DNA of 64,000 bases from a virus (taxonomy: Duplodnaviria > Caudoviricetes). A program made the position numbers and the translations under genes. The stretch covers positions 32,001 through 96,000 of IMG/VR virus record IMGVR_UViG_3300034104_005543; one strand, given 5' to 3'. The notes under the pieces are model-generated. The model did not search any database and was not told where the DNA came from. It saw only the letters and a program-made list of their open reading frames with translations. This document shows, piece by piece, positions 48,119 through 58,530 of this stretch (the first letter of the stretch is position 1; each line of letters begins with the position of its first letter).

Positions 48119-50311
48119 ATGTTTTGTATAAATAAAAATTCAGAAGAGTTTAAGTCTCTTGTAGAAGAAGTAGGTTTTAGAGACGCTGTAGCATACTACT
48201 TAGCAAAAGGGTATATTATTGATGATACCGAGTTTACTTCTACTTCAGAAGAAGTAGAAGAAGTTAATAGCCTTTTTCAAAATACAAATTATTATAATTT
48301 AGAAAACACGGAGGTTAAAAGAAATATAAAAAACCTAGAAAAGCAGCTGCTAGATGGTTTTTTAGCTGAATATAATTTTACAGCAACCGAGTATGAAAAC
48401 TTAAAACAAGAACTAGGAATAGACTCTTATACAGCAACAGATTTAATAACAAAATCTATTGCATACGAAAAAGGAGAATCTATTTTACCAGAGGTTGCAT
48501 ACATTGCCTATTCAATTTTAGGTAAACAAAACAACAAAATTAGATCTGATTTAAGATACCTAGTAAACAAATGGAGCAAATACACTGAAAGGTTTAACTA
48601 TCATAAAAAAATAATATCAAAAAAAGAAGGGTTTATTGATGATAAAAAAGAATGGCGAACAAAAATAAAAGACCTAGTAATACTAGACTTTTTAAGAGAA
48701 AATATAGAAAAATATTACTTTAACGATAATGAATTCACTAAAATTAATGATTCAAAATGGACAAAAGAAGATTTTACATTGTGGGAAAAAATAATTAGAG
48801 CAATAGAAAAATTCTTAGAAAAACTTAATATAATGTCAGATGAGCGGAAAATAGAGAAACTTAAAAATATAGGTTTATCTATTGCTAGTGAAATACTTAC
48901 AAATAATTATCAATATTATAATTACAATTTATCGCAAGATCAAATAAGAAAATATTATAAAAATACAATTCAAAGCGATCCTTTTGCTAAAGAATTAGTT
49001 GAATTTGTTCAGTCTAAAATAGGACTTATTCTTACTGGATCTTTAGCTTTAAGAAAAGCAGGTTCTGTTTACAGAACTATTATTGAAACTTTACATGATA
49101 TAGATTGGGTTGTGCCTTTTGAAAAAACGTACACTCCTACTAACATGGATGCGTACAATAGAATTATTAATGGAGAACCTGAGTTTATATTAGATGAATA
49201 TATAGAAAGTCTAAAGATAGATGATGTTGCAAGAAATGTATTATATAATATTCAAAAATTAGATTGGTTTCAAGATTTCATAGAAAAATACCCATCTTTT
49301 GAATTTACGGGTGGTTTTTATGGAGGAGAACATACTAAAAAAGAAAGTTTTACAGCGCAAGGTGTTGTAAACGGAGAATTTTATACTGAGGATGGTACTC
49401 ATGAACAAGAATTTACTTTTTACAGTAAAGATCCTATTACAAAGAAACCTATAAAAGTAACTGAAAAAAGTATAGTTAATCATAGAAAAGGTGAATATAT
49501 AAAAGGAACAGGATACGCAATTGATTTTTTTGTACGATTACAACCCCATCAAGAACAACATGAAAATTATTTTAAACTATGGAAAGAAATAATGATTGCT
49601 AAAATTAGAATGGGTAGAGATAAAGATTTTATAGACTGGAAAGCATTTGTTCCATATCTTAAGTCAACCAATTCATTTAATTTTAATTATGAAGGTTTTC
49701 GACATTTCAATTACGAATCTTCCAAAACAAATTTATTAGAAGAATATATAGTAGATACATTAGAAACTGTAGAAGAACAAGAAACATCTACTGGTATAAA
49801 ACCAGGAGTACAAGAACTAATGGATTTTAATAGACCTGTAGTAGATACTAAAGAAAAAGCATCTCCTGTAGTAGAAGAGTTAATGACCCCTGAACAAATA
49901 GAAAAACAGCGTGACTTTGAAGATTTAGTTGAAAAAGCTAGATTAGATGAAGAAATGGGTATAGATAGGTTTGGCGATTCGTTTGGTCCTGAAACTATTA
50001 GTTTGCAAAAAGGGTATATTAACCCTAATACAGAACCAGTTCTCTATCAAACGTATGTAAATAAATACAATGAAGAAACAGGTAATAACATCACCGGGTA
50101 TGAATTCCTAAAAGATGATGAAGAAGACATTTTTGATATGTCACCTTTCTATAAATTCTTAGACGAAAATGATTTGCAAGGTTTAGACTTACGTTACTAT
50201 GAAAGAGGCGTAGTAAATTTTGAAGAATTTAACCAAGATGTGATAAAAAATAATAACTTTAACAAAGGGATTGACCCTATTGCAGGGTTTCCTGTTCCAC
50301 CAAGTTGCTAA
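48119..50311 (+). CDS. virion-associated protein with nucleotidyltransferase-fold domain
   Basis: 730 aa; LTGSLAL...HDIDWV, AIDFFV and K..MGRDKDFID motifs. Confidence 0.55.
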   Translation: MFCINKNSEEFKSLVEEVGFRDAVAYYLAKGYIIDDTEFTSTSEEVEEVNSLFQNTNYYNLENTEVKRNIKNLEKQLLDGFLAEYNFTATEYENLKQELGIDSYTATDLITKSIAYEKGESILPEVAYIAYSILGKQNNKIRSDLRYLVNKWSKYTERFNYHKKIISKKEGFIDDKKEWRTKIKDLVILDFLRENIEKYYFNDNEFTKINDSKWTKEDFTLWEKIIRAIEKFLEKLNIMSDERKIEKLKNIGLSIASEILTNNYQYYNYNLSQDQIRKYYKNTIQSDPFAKELVEFVQSKIGLILTGSLALRKAGSVYRTIIETLHDIDWVVPFEKTYTPTNMDAYNRIINGEPEFILDEYIESLKIDDVARNVLYNIQKLDWFQDFIEKYPSFEFTGGFYGGEHTKKESFTAQGVVNGEFYTEDGTHEQEFTFYSKDPITKKPIKVTEKSIVNHRKGEYIKGTGYAIDFFVRLQPHQEQHENYFKLWKEIMIAKIRMGRDKDFIDWKAFVPYLKSTNSFNFNYEGFRHFNYESSKTNLLEEYIVDTLETVEEQETSTGIKPGVQELMDFNRPVVDTKEKASPVVEELMTPEQIEKQRDFEDLVEKARLDEEMGIDRFGDSFGPETISLQKGYINPNTEPVLYQTYVNKYNEETGNNITGYEFLKDDEEDIFDMSPFYKFLDENDLQGLDLRYYERGVVNFEEFNQDVIKNNNFNKGIDPIAGFPVPPSC

Positions 50312-50314
50312 AAA

Positions 50315-53300
50315 ATGAATTGTTCTATTGATAATTTTCGTGATAATGTAACAAAACAAATGTTACAGTATGGTTTTGCAGTTGCTGCGTCTAAGTATTC
50401 AAGTAATCCAACTTTACAAAACGCTATAAGAAACGGAATAAGCACTAATCAAATACCAAAAAAGATTTCTATAGGTAATAAATCATATAGAGGTTTTGAT
50501 ATAGCTAAAAAAATTGCAGATGCTATAAACCAAGGTTGGAAATCTATGGTAGCTAATGTTGCAACTGTAAATGATACACATTCTATAAACATAAACATTA
50601 GTCCTGATATGATGAAGCTTCTAGAAGCTGCTGATTTTACTGCAGAAGAAAGAAGCGCTTTTAACGACATAGCTCCGGGTTATGCTAATAGTCTAGAAGA
50701 AGAAGCTATATTAAAGTATGAGAGTATGAAAAGCTCTGATATTGATAAACTAGTCTCTGCACAAGCTAATAATTTTTTGAGTTCTGTTTTAAGTACTTTA
50801 AAGCGTGCTTTTCCTACAGTAAACTACCAAATTGTAAGTGATACAGATGCTAGAGAAATTACAAAGAATTCTGCTAACCCCTACACAGGTCAGGGTGTAT
50901 CTTTTTTCTACAATGGTACCGTTTATATAATAGAAGGTAATGTAACACCCAAAACATTAATTCACGAGTTTCTGCATCCCTTAGTTAAGTCAATAGAAGT
51001 AGAAAACCCAGGATTGTTTGATAATTTAGTTAATGAAAGTAAAACTGTAGATAACACTTATGGACTTGAAGTAGGAAAAAGACTACAAGAAGAAATAGAT
51101 GAAGACCCTGAAACTTTTTCCTTTGACAATAATGCGTATAAAAGAGAATACGTAACAAGAGTATTGGAAAGAATCGCTAGTGAAAGATTACTAGAAAACA
51201 GAGAAGATGGTATTCTATATAACTTTTTTAACAAAGTTTTCTACGCTTTGAAACAGATATTCAGAAAAGTATTTGGTTCTAAAATTAATGTAAGTAAATT
51301 ATCAGCTTATACTTCACTTTCAGATTTAGCTGAAATGCTTAAAATGAGTGAGTTTAATCTTAATGCTGAGTTATTTACTACTGAAGATTATGTAGAGTAC
51401 TTAAGTAAAGTAGAAGAAGAAATAAATAAAACAGCAGAATTATTAGCAGACTCTGTAAAGTATAATAAAGAAGCTGCAAAAGATCCTCGTAATATAAAAT
51501 TTGGACTCTCAAATCTTGATGACCTGATTAAACAGTTAGAAACTTTAGTAGATAATAATACTGAATACTTCAAGAATAACAATATGATAGATCCTGAATT
51601 AAATGCTATTATATTTAATTCCGAAACTGGTAATCTCGAAAAAATAAAAGAAGAGTTAAGACTAAATAAAAAGTTTCTTGTACAAGAACAACTGGATCTT
51701 AGTGAAGATATTAGAAATGCTTTAAACGCAGAAAAAAACGATGCTCAAAAAGCATACCGGTTAATATCAAGTATATTTGAAATTCAAGCGTTAATCTACA
51801 ATTTAGCAGGACCTGATAAAACAGTACTTATTGATAAAACATCAACTGATGATTTTAAACAAAATTTAGTTTTGATAGAAAAACTAGAAGGTATGTTACG
51901 ATCATTTCAAACATTAGCTCAAAGTGTAAATTCTATCATTGTTAAACTTGATCGTAATAATCAATTAGCACAATCTCTTAACCAAACAATAGAATATTCT
52001 GAAAATGGTCTAAATCAACTTAAAAAACAAAGGTTTAACAATATAAAAGAAGTAATAAATGTACCCTTGTCTGCTATAAATGATACGATTCAATCTTTAT
52101 ATAATGATCTAATTGAAAAAATAGATGAAGAAATAGCAACTAAAGGATCTAATAGTTTATTGGAAAAAAGAAAAGAGTATTATATTAAAACTCGCGACTC
52201 TTTAATGGTTTCCGAAAAAAGATTAGAAGATTTATTACAAGGTAAAGCGGGAGACTCTGATTTCTTAGAAGGTTATATTCTGTCTGCAGTACAATCTTCA
52301 GATCCAATTTACGGTACCCTTGGTAGTATTGTAAAAAACGCTTACAATAATATAGAGGCTAACATGGTTAATGTTTATTCCTCATACTTTAAAGATTTAA
52401 ATGAATTACAAAACAAAGCAGGAATAACAAAATTTAACTACTCTAGTAAATACAGGCAAATAATTACAGAAGCTACTAGACTAGTTAGAACTGTTGAAGA
52501 AGGAGAAAGTAATAAAGAAGTAACGCTTGAAGAAAAAAGTGACTACTTTGAGTTTTTACATTCTACTTTAGTTTCACAAGCAACTAATGATATAAGAAGA
52601 TTAGAAGCAGAAAAAGAAGATGCTTCTAGAAATAATGACTTGATTACAGTAGCTGAAAAGTCTAGAGAGATATCAGAGTTAAAAGATAAATACTTTTTTG
52701 GTTCTGTTTTAGAAGGACACAATATCAGAAAACAAATGCTTTCTACAGAGTGGGGCGTAAGAATGTTTATCAAACGACTTAAGATAGAAGACAACATTCG
52801 TGTTTTAGAACTTGTTATAAAAGCTGAACTAGCATTAAACAATCCTGAAGCCCGACAAAATATTATAGATAAACAAGAACAAATAAAAGAACAGTATATA
52901 TTATTAAATGAAATAACTAGCATATACAAAAAAAATGGTGAGGTTAAAACAGGGCAAGAATACCAAGATGCTATAGACTATAAAAATTTTTATACTGTTA
53001 CAGAAAGCAATTTAGAAATAGAAAGAGAAGAAACAATACAAAAATTTGTCGAAGCTTATAAATTAAACGAAGAACTATTAGGTGCAAACACTCCTGAATT
53101 TGGTCAATGGTTAGCTGAAAACACTTATATAAAAAGAAAAGATGAATATTTTTCATTAGTTCAGCAAATATTTGACAACATAGGTGAGACAAACAATAAG
53201 TCTACCAGTTTTACAGCAAAACTTAAAGACTTAAATAATGAACGATCTGCTTTAGGTAAACAGTTAAGTCAATTAAGAATATTGTATTCTGATCCTAGAA

Positions 53301-56290
53301 CAAAAATGATGCTCATTGACCAAATGACACCAGAAGCTGTAAAAAAAGTAAATGACATTGAGCAAAGATTATTTGAAATAGGTATAGAAATAGATGTAGA
53401 AAGAGGACTACCTAAAAATATAAAAAGGAAAGATATTGAGCTATTACACACAGTAAGGAAATTGTATGCTGGAGATTACGAATATGAATCAACAGATCCT
53501 CCTGTTATTAAATCACTCAAACAAAACAATTTTAGATTGTATGAAAAATATATTGCCATAAGTGAAGCACTAAAAGAATTCAGAAGCGAACAACCTTCTA
53601 ATGTAGAGCAAGAATATATAAATGGTGAGTGGGGTAAATTCTACGATATTCAATACAAAGGTAAAACAGTTGCTTATGAAATGTATAAAAAAGAAGCTAT
53701 TCAAAATATAAACAACGGAATTTATGTTGATATAGCTTTTATTAACACAGATACTAATTTCATTAAAGCTTTAGAGAATAAAGATTTTAGAAAATTTATA
53801 GAAGACCATCATACTAAATTTGAAATAGAAGAGGAAGGTACTGTATCATTTGCTTATGTTCCAAACGGAATTCACATTGAACAAAAAATCAATGACAATT
53901 ACAAGGACATGGTTGAATTTAGAAACAGTAAAGGTGAACTTGTAAAAACAAACTTTCCTTCAAGAAATTATCACGCTTTAAGAACCAAAGAAGCAGTTAA
54001 AACTCCTCGCATAATGGGAGTAACAGTAAATGCTTTTGGTGAATGGTTACCTAAACCTATTGAAGTATTGTATGCAGAATCTAAGGGTAATAAAATAACT
54101 ACTGAGTTCTTAGAAAATATTCCTGACATGTCAGATTCTGAATACAATTCATTTATTAATGACAATGAGGAGTTAACTAAGTATGTAAATAAAGAATACT
54201 ATAACTTAAAAAAGACTGATAAAGATCTCTGGAATCTACTAGAATATCTAAAGAAAATGTCTTTTACACAGCAAAAAGAAACTTCAAAAATGGGAAGACT
54301 TAATTTTCAAGTACCTTCTTTTTTTGCTAGTAATTTTGAAGTTGCTCAAAAAACATTATCTGGACAAAAACGATCTGGGTTATCAGTATTCTTATCTTCT
54401 ATTAAAGCAAAGCTTTTTGGTAAAGAGGGAGATGAAGCTGAAGAAGGATACTCTAATGTTCTTTCTGCTGAAACAGAAGAAGAAAAACGCACTAGACTTA
54501 AACTTATATCACTAGACTTTTTTGGTGATGAATTATCTAAGATACCTGTAGCAGGAAAATATCCTATTGACTTAGATAAAGTAAGTATGGATATTCCTTT
54601 ATCTATGTTCAGATACTTCTATAGTATAGAAGAAGTAAAAGAAAAAGTAAAAATAATGCCTATTGCTAGAGGTATTGAAAAAGTATTGGCTGATGAAGAA
54701 AACGCGTTGAAAGAAATGGATAAAATTAATAAATATGCATTTCTTCAAAACAATCTTACAATCTTTGCAGGTGCTAAAAGCAAAAAAGAAGCTAGTATTA
54801 GAAAACAAATGGTAGAATCTTTTAACCGCACTATATTTGAAGGTGAAAATGTTAGAGGATTTTTATCAGATGCAACACCTATATTGAAAATACTAAATAA
54901 TGTAACAAGATTTACATCGACTGTATTTCTTTCTACTCCAGAATCTGCTATAAGAAACAGAGTACAAATGGGCATGCAAAATATAATAAACCTTGCAGCA
55001 CAAGATGGAGTTGATAGAGAAAGTTACACTAAAGGTGAAATATGGGCAACTAAATATATGTTTGGTCAAACAACACACGCATATCAAGGAGGTACATATA
55101 CCTTTGAACAAATGATGGTTGATGCTTGGGACCCAAAACAAGGTAGCTCAAAGCAAAGAATAGGTCGTAGTTTTAATAGATCATACGCGCAAGATGCTGC
55201 AGATTGGCAATCATTTGTACTAGCACCAAGAACTTGGTTAGAAACACAAGGTGCTATAAAATTATGGGCTCAACGTATGTTCTATGAAAAAGTAGAAATA
55301 ACAGAAAATGGCGTTACTACTAAAATACCATACATGGAAGCATGGTATATAGTTGATGGTAAACTAACACTTAGACCAGGTATTGACAAAACATATGATG
55401 TAGAAGGAGTAAAGTTCAACCTGATCAAAAACAGAATTCACCAGCAAATTGCTTTAACCAACGGTGATTCATCAGCTTTAGGTAAAAGTTATGGAGATAA
55501 GTTTGTTATCTACAATCAGCTTCTTAGTATGAAAAGATTCTTTTATATGATGTTTTTGAATCGTTTTGGTACTAATTTTAAATATGATAAAGAAAAATCT
55601 TTTTTTGATGCTTGGTCTTTTTCACCACGGCTTAACTATTCAACAGGAGAAACTCAAGAAGGATACTATATAACATCGCTACGATTCATAGCAAATTACT
55701 TTAGGAATATTTTTACTAAAAACCCTAATTTTAATATTTACTGGAGTATGCTTACTCCGTATGAAAAAAGAAATTTAATTAAAACATTTAGTGATATAAT
55801 GCTTTCTTTAGTCTTATGGTTAATTGGTAGAATGTTATTTGAGTATGACCCCGATGATGAAGATCGCTACAAAAAATTAAGAGCTAATTCAGCACCACTA
55901 CCTATATTTGGTACAGCAGACGAAGGACAGTTTCATTTAGAAGGTTACGCTTTTAATAAAGCTCTTCAGCTTATATTAGGTTTTCAAGAAGAACATAATA
56001 CTTTTATGCCTTTACCCGGTATGGGTTTAAAAACATACACCAATTTATTTCAAATTAAAATGGCTACCTTTCAACCTAGTGCTGATCTTATTAAAAATGT
56101 AATAACATATAGTATGTTAGGAGCAACTGGTGACGAAAGAGGTTTTTATGATAAAAGAGTCGGTCCTTATGAATGGCAACAAAAAGATTCTGCTAAGATT
56201 GTAAACTTTATGTTAAAGTATATTGGACTATCAGGAACTTCTACAGATCCTGTGTTAGGTATCCAACAAAGAGAGTCTTTTGCTCGATAA
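50315..56290 (+). CDS. giant ejection protein with zincin-like domain
   Basis: 1991 aa; FFYNGTVYI...TLIHEFLHP (H at 50963) plus downstream E; hydrophobic helix near the C-terminus; last gene of the late module. Confidence 0.6.
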   Translation: MNCSIDNFRDNVTKQMLQYGFAVAASKYSSNPTLQNAIRNGISTNQIPKKISIGNKSYRGFDIAKKIADAINQGWKSMVANVATVNDTHSININISPDMMKLLEAADFTAEERSAFNDIAPGYANSLEEEAILKYESMKSSDIDKLVSAQANNFLSSVLSTLKRAFPTVNYQIVSDTDAREITKNSANPYTGQGVSFFYNGTVYIIEGNVTPKTLIHEFLHPLVKSIEVENPGLFDNLVNESKTVDNTYGLEVGKRLQEEIDEDPETFSFDNNAYKREYVTRVLERIASERLLENREDGILYNFFNKVFYALKQIFRKVFGSKINVSKLSAYTSLSDLAEMLKMSEFNLNAELFTTEDYVEYLSKVEEEINKTAELLADSVKYNKEAAKDPRNIKFGLSNLDDLIKQLETLVDNNTEYFKNNNMIDPELNAIIFNSETGNLEKIKEELRLNKKFLVQEQLDLSEDIRNALNAEKNDAQKAYRLISSIFEIQALIYNLAGPDKTVLIDKTSTDDFKQNLVLIEKLEGMLRSFQTLAQSVNSIIVKLDRNNQLAQSLNQTIEYSENGLNQLKKQRFNNIKEVINVPLSAINDTIQSLYNDLIEKIDEEIATKGSNSLLEKRKEYYIKTRDSLMVSEKRLEDLLQGKAGDSDFLEGYILSAVQSSDPIYGTLGSIVKNAYNNIEANMVNVYSSYFKDLNELQNKAGITKFNYSSKYRQIITEATRLVRTVEEGESNKEVTLEEKSDYFEFLHSTLVSQATNDIRRLEAEKEDASRNNDLITVAEKSREISELKDKYFFGSVLEGHNIRKQMLSTEWGVRMFIKRLKIEDNIRVLELVIKAELALNNPEARQNIIDKQEQIKEQYILLNEITSIYKKNGEVKTGQEYQDAIDYKNFYTVTESNLEIEREETIQKFVEAYKLNEELLGANTPEFGQWLAENTYIKRKDEYFSLVQQIFDNIGETNNKSTSFTAKLKDLNNERSALGKQLSQLRILYSDPRTKMMLIDQMTPEAVKKVNDIEQRLFEIGIEIDVERGLPKNIKRKDIELLHTVRKLYAGDYEYESTDPPVIKSLKQNNFRLYEKYIAISEALKEFRSEQPSNVEQEYINGEWGKFYDIQYKGKTVAYEMYKKEAIQNINNGIYVDIAFINTDTNFIKALENKDFRKFIEDHHTKFEIEEEGTVSFAYVPNGIHIEQKINDNYKDMVEFRNSKGELVKTNFPSRNYHALRTKEAVKTPRIMGVTVNAFGEWLPKPIEVLYAESKGNKITTEFLENIPDMSDSEYNSFINDNEELTKYVNKEYYNLKKTDKDLWNLLEYLKKMSFTQQKETSKMGRLNFQVPSFFASNFEVAQKTLSGQKRSGLSVFLSSIKAKLFGKEGDEAEEGYSNVLSAETEEEKRTRLKLISLDFFGDELSKIPVAGKYPIDLDKVSMDIPLSMFRYFYSIEEVKEKVKIMPIARGIEKVLADEENALKEMDKINKYAFLQNNLTIFAGAKSKKEASIRKQMVESFNRTIFEGENVRGFLSDATPILKILNNVTRFTSTVFLSTPESAIRNRVQMGMQNIINLAAQDGVDRESYTKGEIWATKYMFGQTTHAYQGGTYTFEQMMVDAWDPKQGSSKQRIGRSFNRSYAQDAADWQSFVLAPRTWLETQGAIKLWAQRMFYEKVEITENGVTTKIPYMEAWYIVDGKLTLRPGIDKTYDVEGVKFNLIKNRIHQQIALTNGDSSALGKSYGDKFVIYNQLLSMKRFFYMMFLNRFGTNFKYDKEKSFFDAWSFSPRLNYSTGETQEGYYITSLRFIANYFRNIFTKNPNFNIYWSMLTPYEKRNLIKTFSDIMLSLVLWLIGRMLFEYDPDDEDRYKKLRANSAPLPIFGTADEGQFHLEGYAFNKALQLILGFQEEHNTFMPLPGMGLKTYTNLFQIKMATFQPSADLIKNVITYSMLGATGDERGFYDKRVGPYEWQQKDSAKIVNFMLKYIGLSGTSTDPVLGIQQRESFAR

Positions 56291-56291
56291 A

Positions 56292-56330
56292 AGAAAAAAA
56301 AATCCCCCTACCTTTTTAGGGGTAGGGGGA
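56292..56330 (-). terminator. rho-independent terminator at the convergence of the two modules
   Basis: TCCCCCTACC...GGTAGGGGGA 10-bp stem (56303-56330); A run at 56294-56302 gives a U tail on the - strand. Confidence 0.8.
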
Positions 56331-56335
56331 GCTGT

Positions 56336-57217
56336 TTATTCGTCAGAATCGTTTTCGTTAAACACTTTATCTATAATAGTGTTTAGCGCGTGCGAGTCTA
56401 TCGTTTCTTTCTTAGTAGAAGAAAGTATTTCTATTAGTTTACTAAAGTATGCTATATCAACACCAATAAGTTGTTCTTCTAACACATAAGGATCTCTTAA
56501 ATTTAGTTCTGATATCTGGAACATAATCTTAAGCATTTCACCAGCGCTGATATTCCATCCGCGTTTTATAAACTTCTTAATGCGTATAATAGAAGTAACA
56601 GGGTATAAAGAACCTCTATACTTAAGAGTTTTTGATAGAATAGATTCTAATACTTCAACCGTAGTTACTAGACCTTCATCGTAAGTAAAATAGGAAGTAG
56701 CATGAACAAAATCAAAATTCTTATGAATAGCTGCAGCATCACCGGTAAATCTTAACACAATCTGAATATCGTCTGATAAACTAATAGCGTTAGGAGAATA
56801 AAATACAGGACGGTATTTAGGAGCAGTATCTTCATCATACTCTGGAGCATAACCACCATTTTTTTCTGCAAAGAAAATCTTTACCTGATCTTCTTTAAGA
56901 TTTTTAACAGCGATTACATATGCAGAATCCTCTTTACCTTCAACACTTTTAACAAGTGTGTCTTTATCAGAACCAGAAAGAACTATCATTCTTGTATCAT
57001 TACCTACATAGTATTCTGCAAGTCTTTTTGCTACTTCAATATCTTGAATATAGATATCATAGTCGTTTACTTTTTCTTGCAAGTATAAGGAGGCTATACA
57101 GCCTCCAGATACTAACAAACTTTTTCTTACATCATCTCTAAGAACAGGATCTGTAATTGAGTCTAACCACAATTCTAATTCTTTCTTTATTGTCTTGATT
57201 ATAGTTTTTCTTTGCAT
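56336..57217 (-). CDS. phage nucleotidyltransferase (PolyA polymerase/CCA head-like); start revised to ATG 57217
   Basis: VSGGCIAS...VNDYDIY, DIQIV and FDFVH motifs; R..KFIKRGW; the revised start removes the overlap with the MazG-like gene. Confidence 0.6.
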   Translation of the reverse strand: MQRKTIIKTIKKELELWLDSITDPVLRDDVRKSLLVSGGCIASLYLQEKVNDYDIYIQDIEVAKRLAEYYVGNDTRMIVLSGSDKDTLVKSVEGKEDSAYVIAVKNLKEDQVKIFFAEKNGGYAPEYDEDTAPKYRPVFYSPNAISLSDDIQIVLRFTGDAAAIHKNFDFVHATSYFTYDEGLVTTVEVLESILSKTLKYRGSLYPVTSIIRIKKFIKRGWNISAGEMLKIMFQISELNLRDPYVLEEQLIGVDIAYFSKLIEILSSTKKETIDSHALNTIIDKVFNENDSDE

Positions 57218-57218
57218 G

Positions 57219-57617
57219 TCAGTATTTTTTTCCGTGTAATCTTTCACGAGTTTCATTGAATCTCATCTTCAAAATAATATGGTCGGTAATATTAATGTTC
57301 TTACCACCTACCAAATCAAACAAACGAATAAAGGTATCTGCAATCTCCTCTTCAAAGGTTCCTTTAATGTTATTATTGTAGTAGTCGATGTAAGCTTCTT
57401 TCTTTTGTTCGTGCTTAACATTTTTACTTAATAAAACACCCAGTTCTAATTCTGTAGAGTTTAAAGTACAGTGTCTTTGTTTTCTATCTGCTTCTAGCGC
57501 TTCTGCTAGTTCAGAAACAATTAACATAAGGAGCTCACCTGTGTTTCTTTCTTTGTCCCAGAAACCTTTTTCTTTTGCTGTTGAATGAGCTTTTTCGATT
57601 AATGCATTAATGTCCAT
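57219..57617 (-). CDS. MazG-like nucleotide pyrophosphohydrolase
   Basis: LMLIVSELAEALEADRK...EEEIADTFIRLFDL...KMRFNETR..HGKKY. Confidence 0.85.
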   Translation of the reverse strand: MDINALIEKAHSTAKEKGFWDKERNTGELLMLIVSELAEALEADRKQRHCTLNSTELELGVLLSKNVKHEQKKEAYIDYYNNNIKGTFEEEIADTFIRLFDLVGGKNINITDHIILKMRFNETRERLHGKKY

Positions 57618-58152
57618 AAAAATTTAAATAATATTTACTAGATTGATTTCCTTTTTGTTTATTGTATTTAGATTTTGATTTTAGTGAGTAATCGTTTTTA
57701 ATATTACCACTTACTTCTTCAAATTCAATCTGACCAATTAACATATTCGGATAAATTTTAATAGGTTGAATACATGCCAGTTCTAAAACTAAAGAACCTT
57801 CAAAACCGGGGTCTATAAACCCTGCAGTTAAATGTATCATTAAACCTAATCTACCTAAACTAGATTTACCAGATAATGTAGATTTTAAATTGTACGGTAT
57901 TTTTAAGTATTCGTTACAGTGCCCTAGATATAAAACACCAGGTTGTAACTCGTAACCTTCATCTGTTAAGATTACAGGTTCTGCTAATAAATGTTCTTTT
58001 TTACAATCAAAAGTTTTGTCTTGGTAAAAAGCAATTTCAGGGTTAAGAGTAACATCATAACTGCAAGGATTAAGATGCTCTTTTCTGAAATTGCTAATAC
58101 CAAGATGTTTACTTAGTAGTCTTCTTTCTATTTCTAAGTCACTAAGAATCAT
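57607..58152 (-). CDS. dcd: dCTP deaminase
   Basis: MILSD, NPCSYDVTL, GKSSLGRLGL, TAGFIDPGFEGSLVLEL and IGQI motifs. Confidence 0.92.
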   Translation of the reverse strand: MILSDLEIERRLLSKHLGISNFRKEHLNPCSYDVTLNPEIAFYQDKTFDCKKEHLLAEPVILTDEGYELQPGVLYLGHCNEYLKIPYNLKSTLSGKSSLGRLGLMIHLTAGFIDPGFEGSLVLELACIQPIKIYPNMLIGQIEFEEVSGNIKNDYSLKSKSKYNKQKGNQSSKYYLNFYGH

Positions 58153-58517
58153 TTGTCATTATTTACAAGTTGTTTATACAAATCATCATTCAGTTTTTTA
58201 AGTCGACGGACTTCTGTTTCTAATGATTTTATATTATCAGCCATAGAAGACTTAGACAAACCTACTATTTTAGTGTAGGTTTCTCTTTGTATTTTCAAAT
58301 CGTATTCTAAATTTGATTTTTCATATTTAAGATGTTCAATTTTATTATTAGACTGATCAAGAACATGTTGTAAATAATGCTGATTATAGATACCTGAGTG
58401 GTAAAAATACTTCTTAAAAATATAATAGCAATCTCTAAGTCCATCTACATACATTGAATCAGGATTTTTTGTAGCACACTCCTGAATCATTTTTTCAACA
58501 TTATTATAAATATTCAT
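58149..58517 (-). CDS. hypothetical coiled-coil protein
   Basis: 122-aa ORF whose stop overlaps the dcd start. Confidence 0.6.
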   Translation of the reverse strand: MNIYNNVEKMIQECATKNPDSMYVDGLRDCYYIFKKYFYHSGIYNQHYLQHVLDQSNNKIEHLKYEKSNLEYDLKIQRETYTKIVGLSKSSMADNIKSLETEVRRLKKLNDDLYKQLVNNDK

Positions 58518-58530
58518 TTTTCTAAGAGTT

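Noticed and set aside
48103-48130. Split-intein/trans-splicing reading of the terminal ...RNC and MFC/MNC ends
   Set aside because: No Hint-domain blocks are recognisable near the termini; a disulfide or metal link is the simpler explanation
1065-55141. Numerous short antisense and alternative-frame ORFs in the track (e.g. 3968-4420, 33709-34188, 35830-36420, 20408-20638)
   Set aside because: They lie within long sense genes, have shadow-type composition and no recognisable motifs
56280-56489. 69-aa + strand ORF
   Set aside because: Runs through the terminator hairpin and antisense to the nucleotidyltransferase gene
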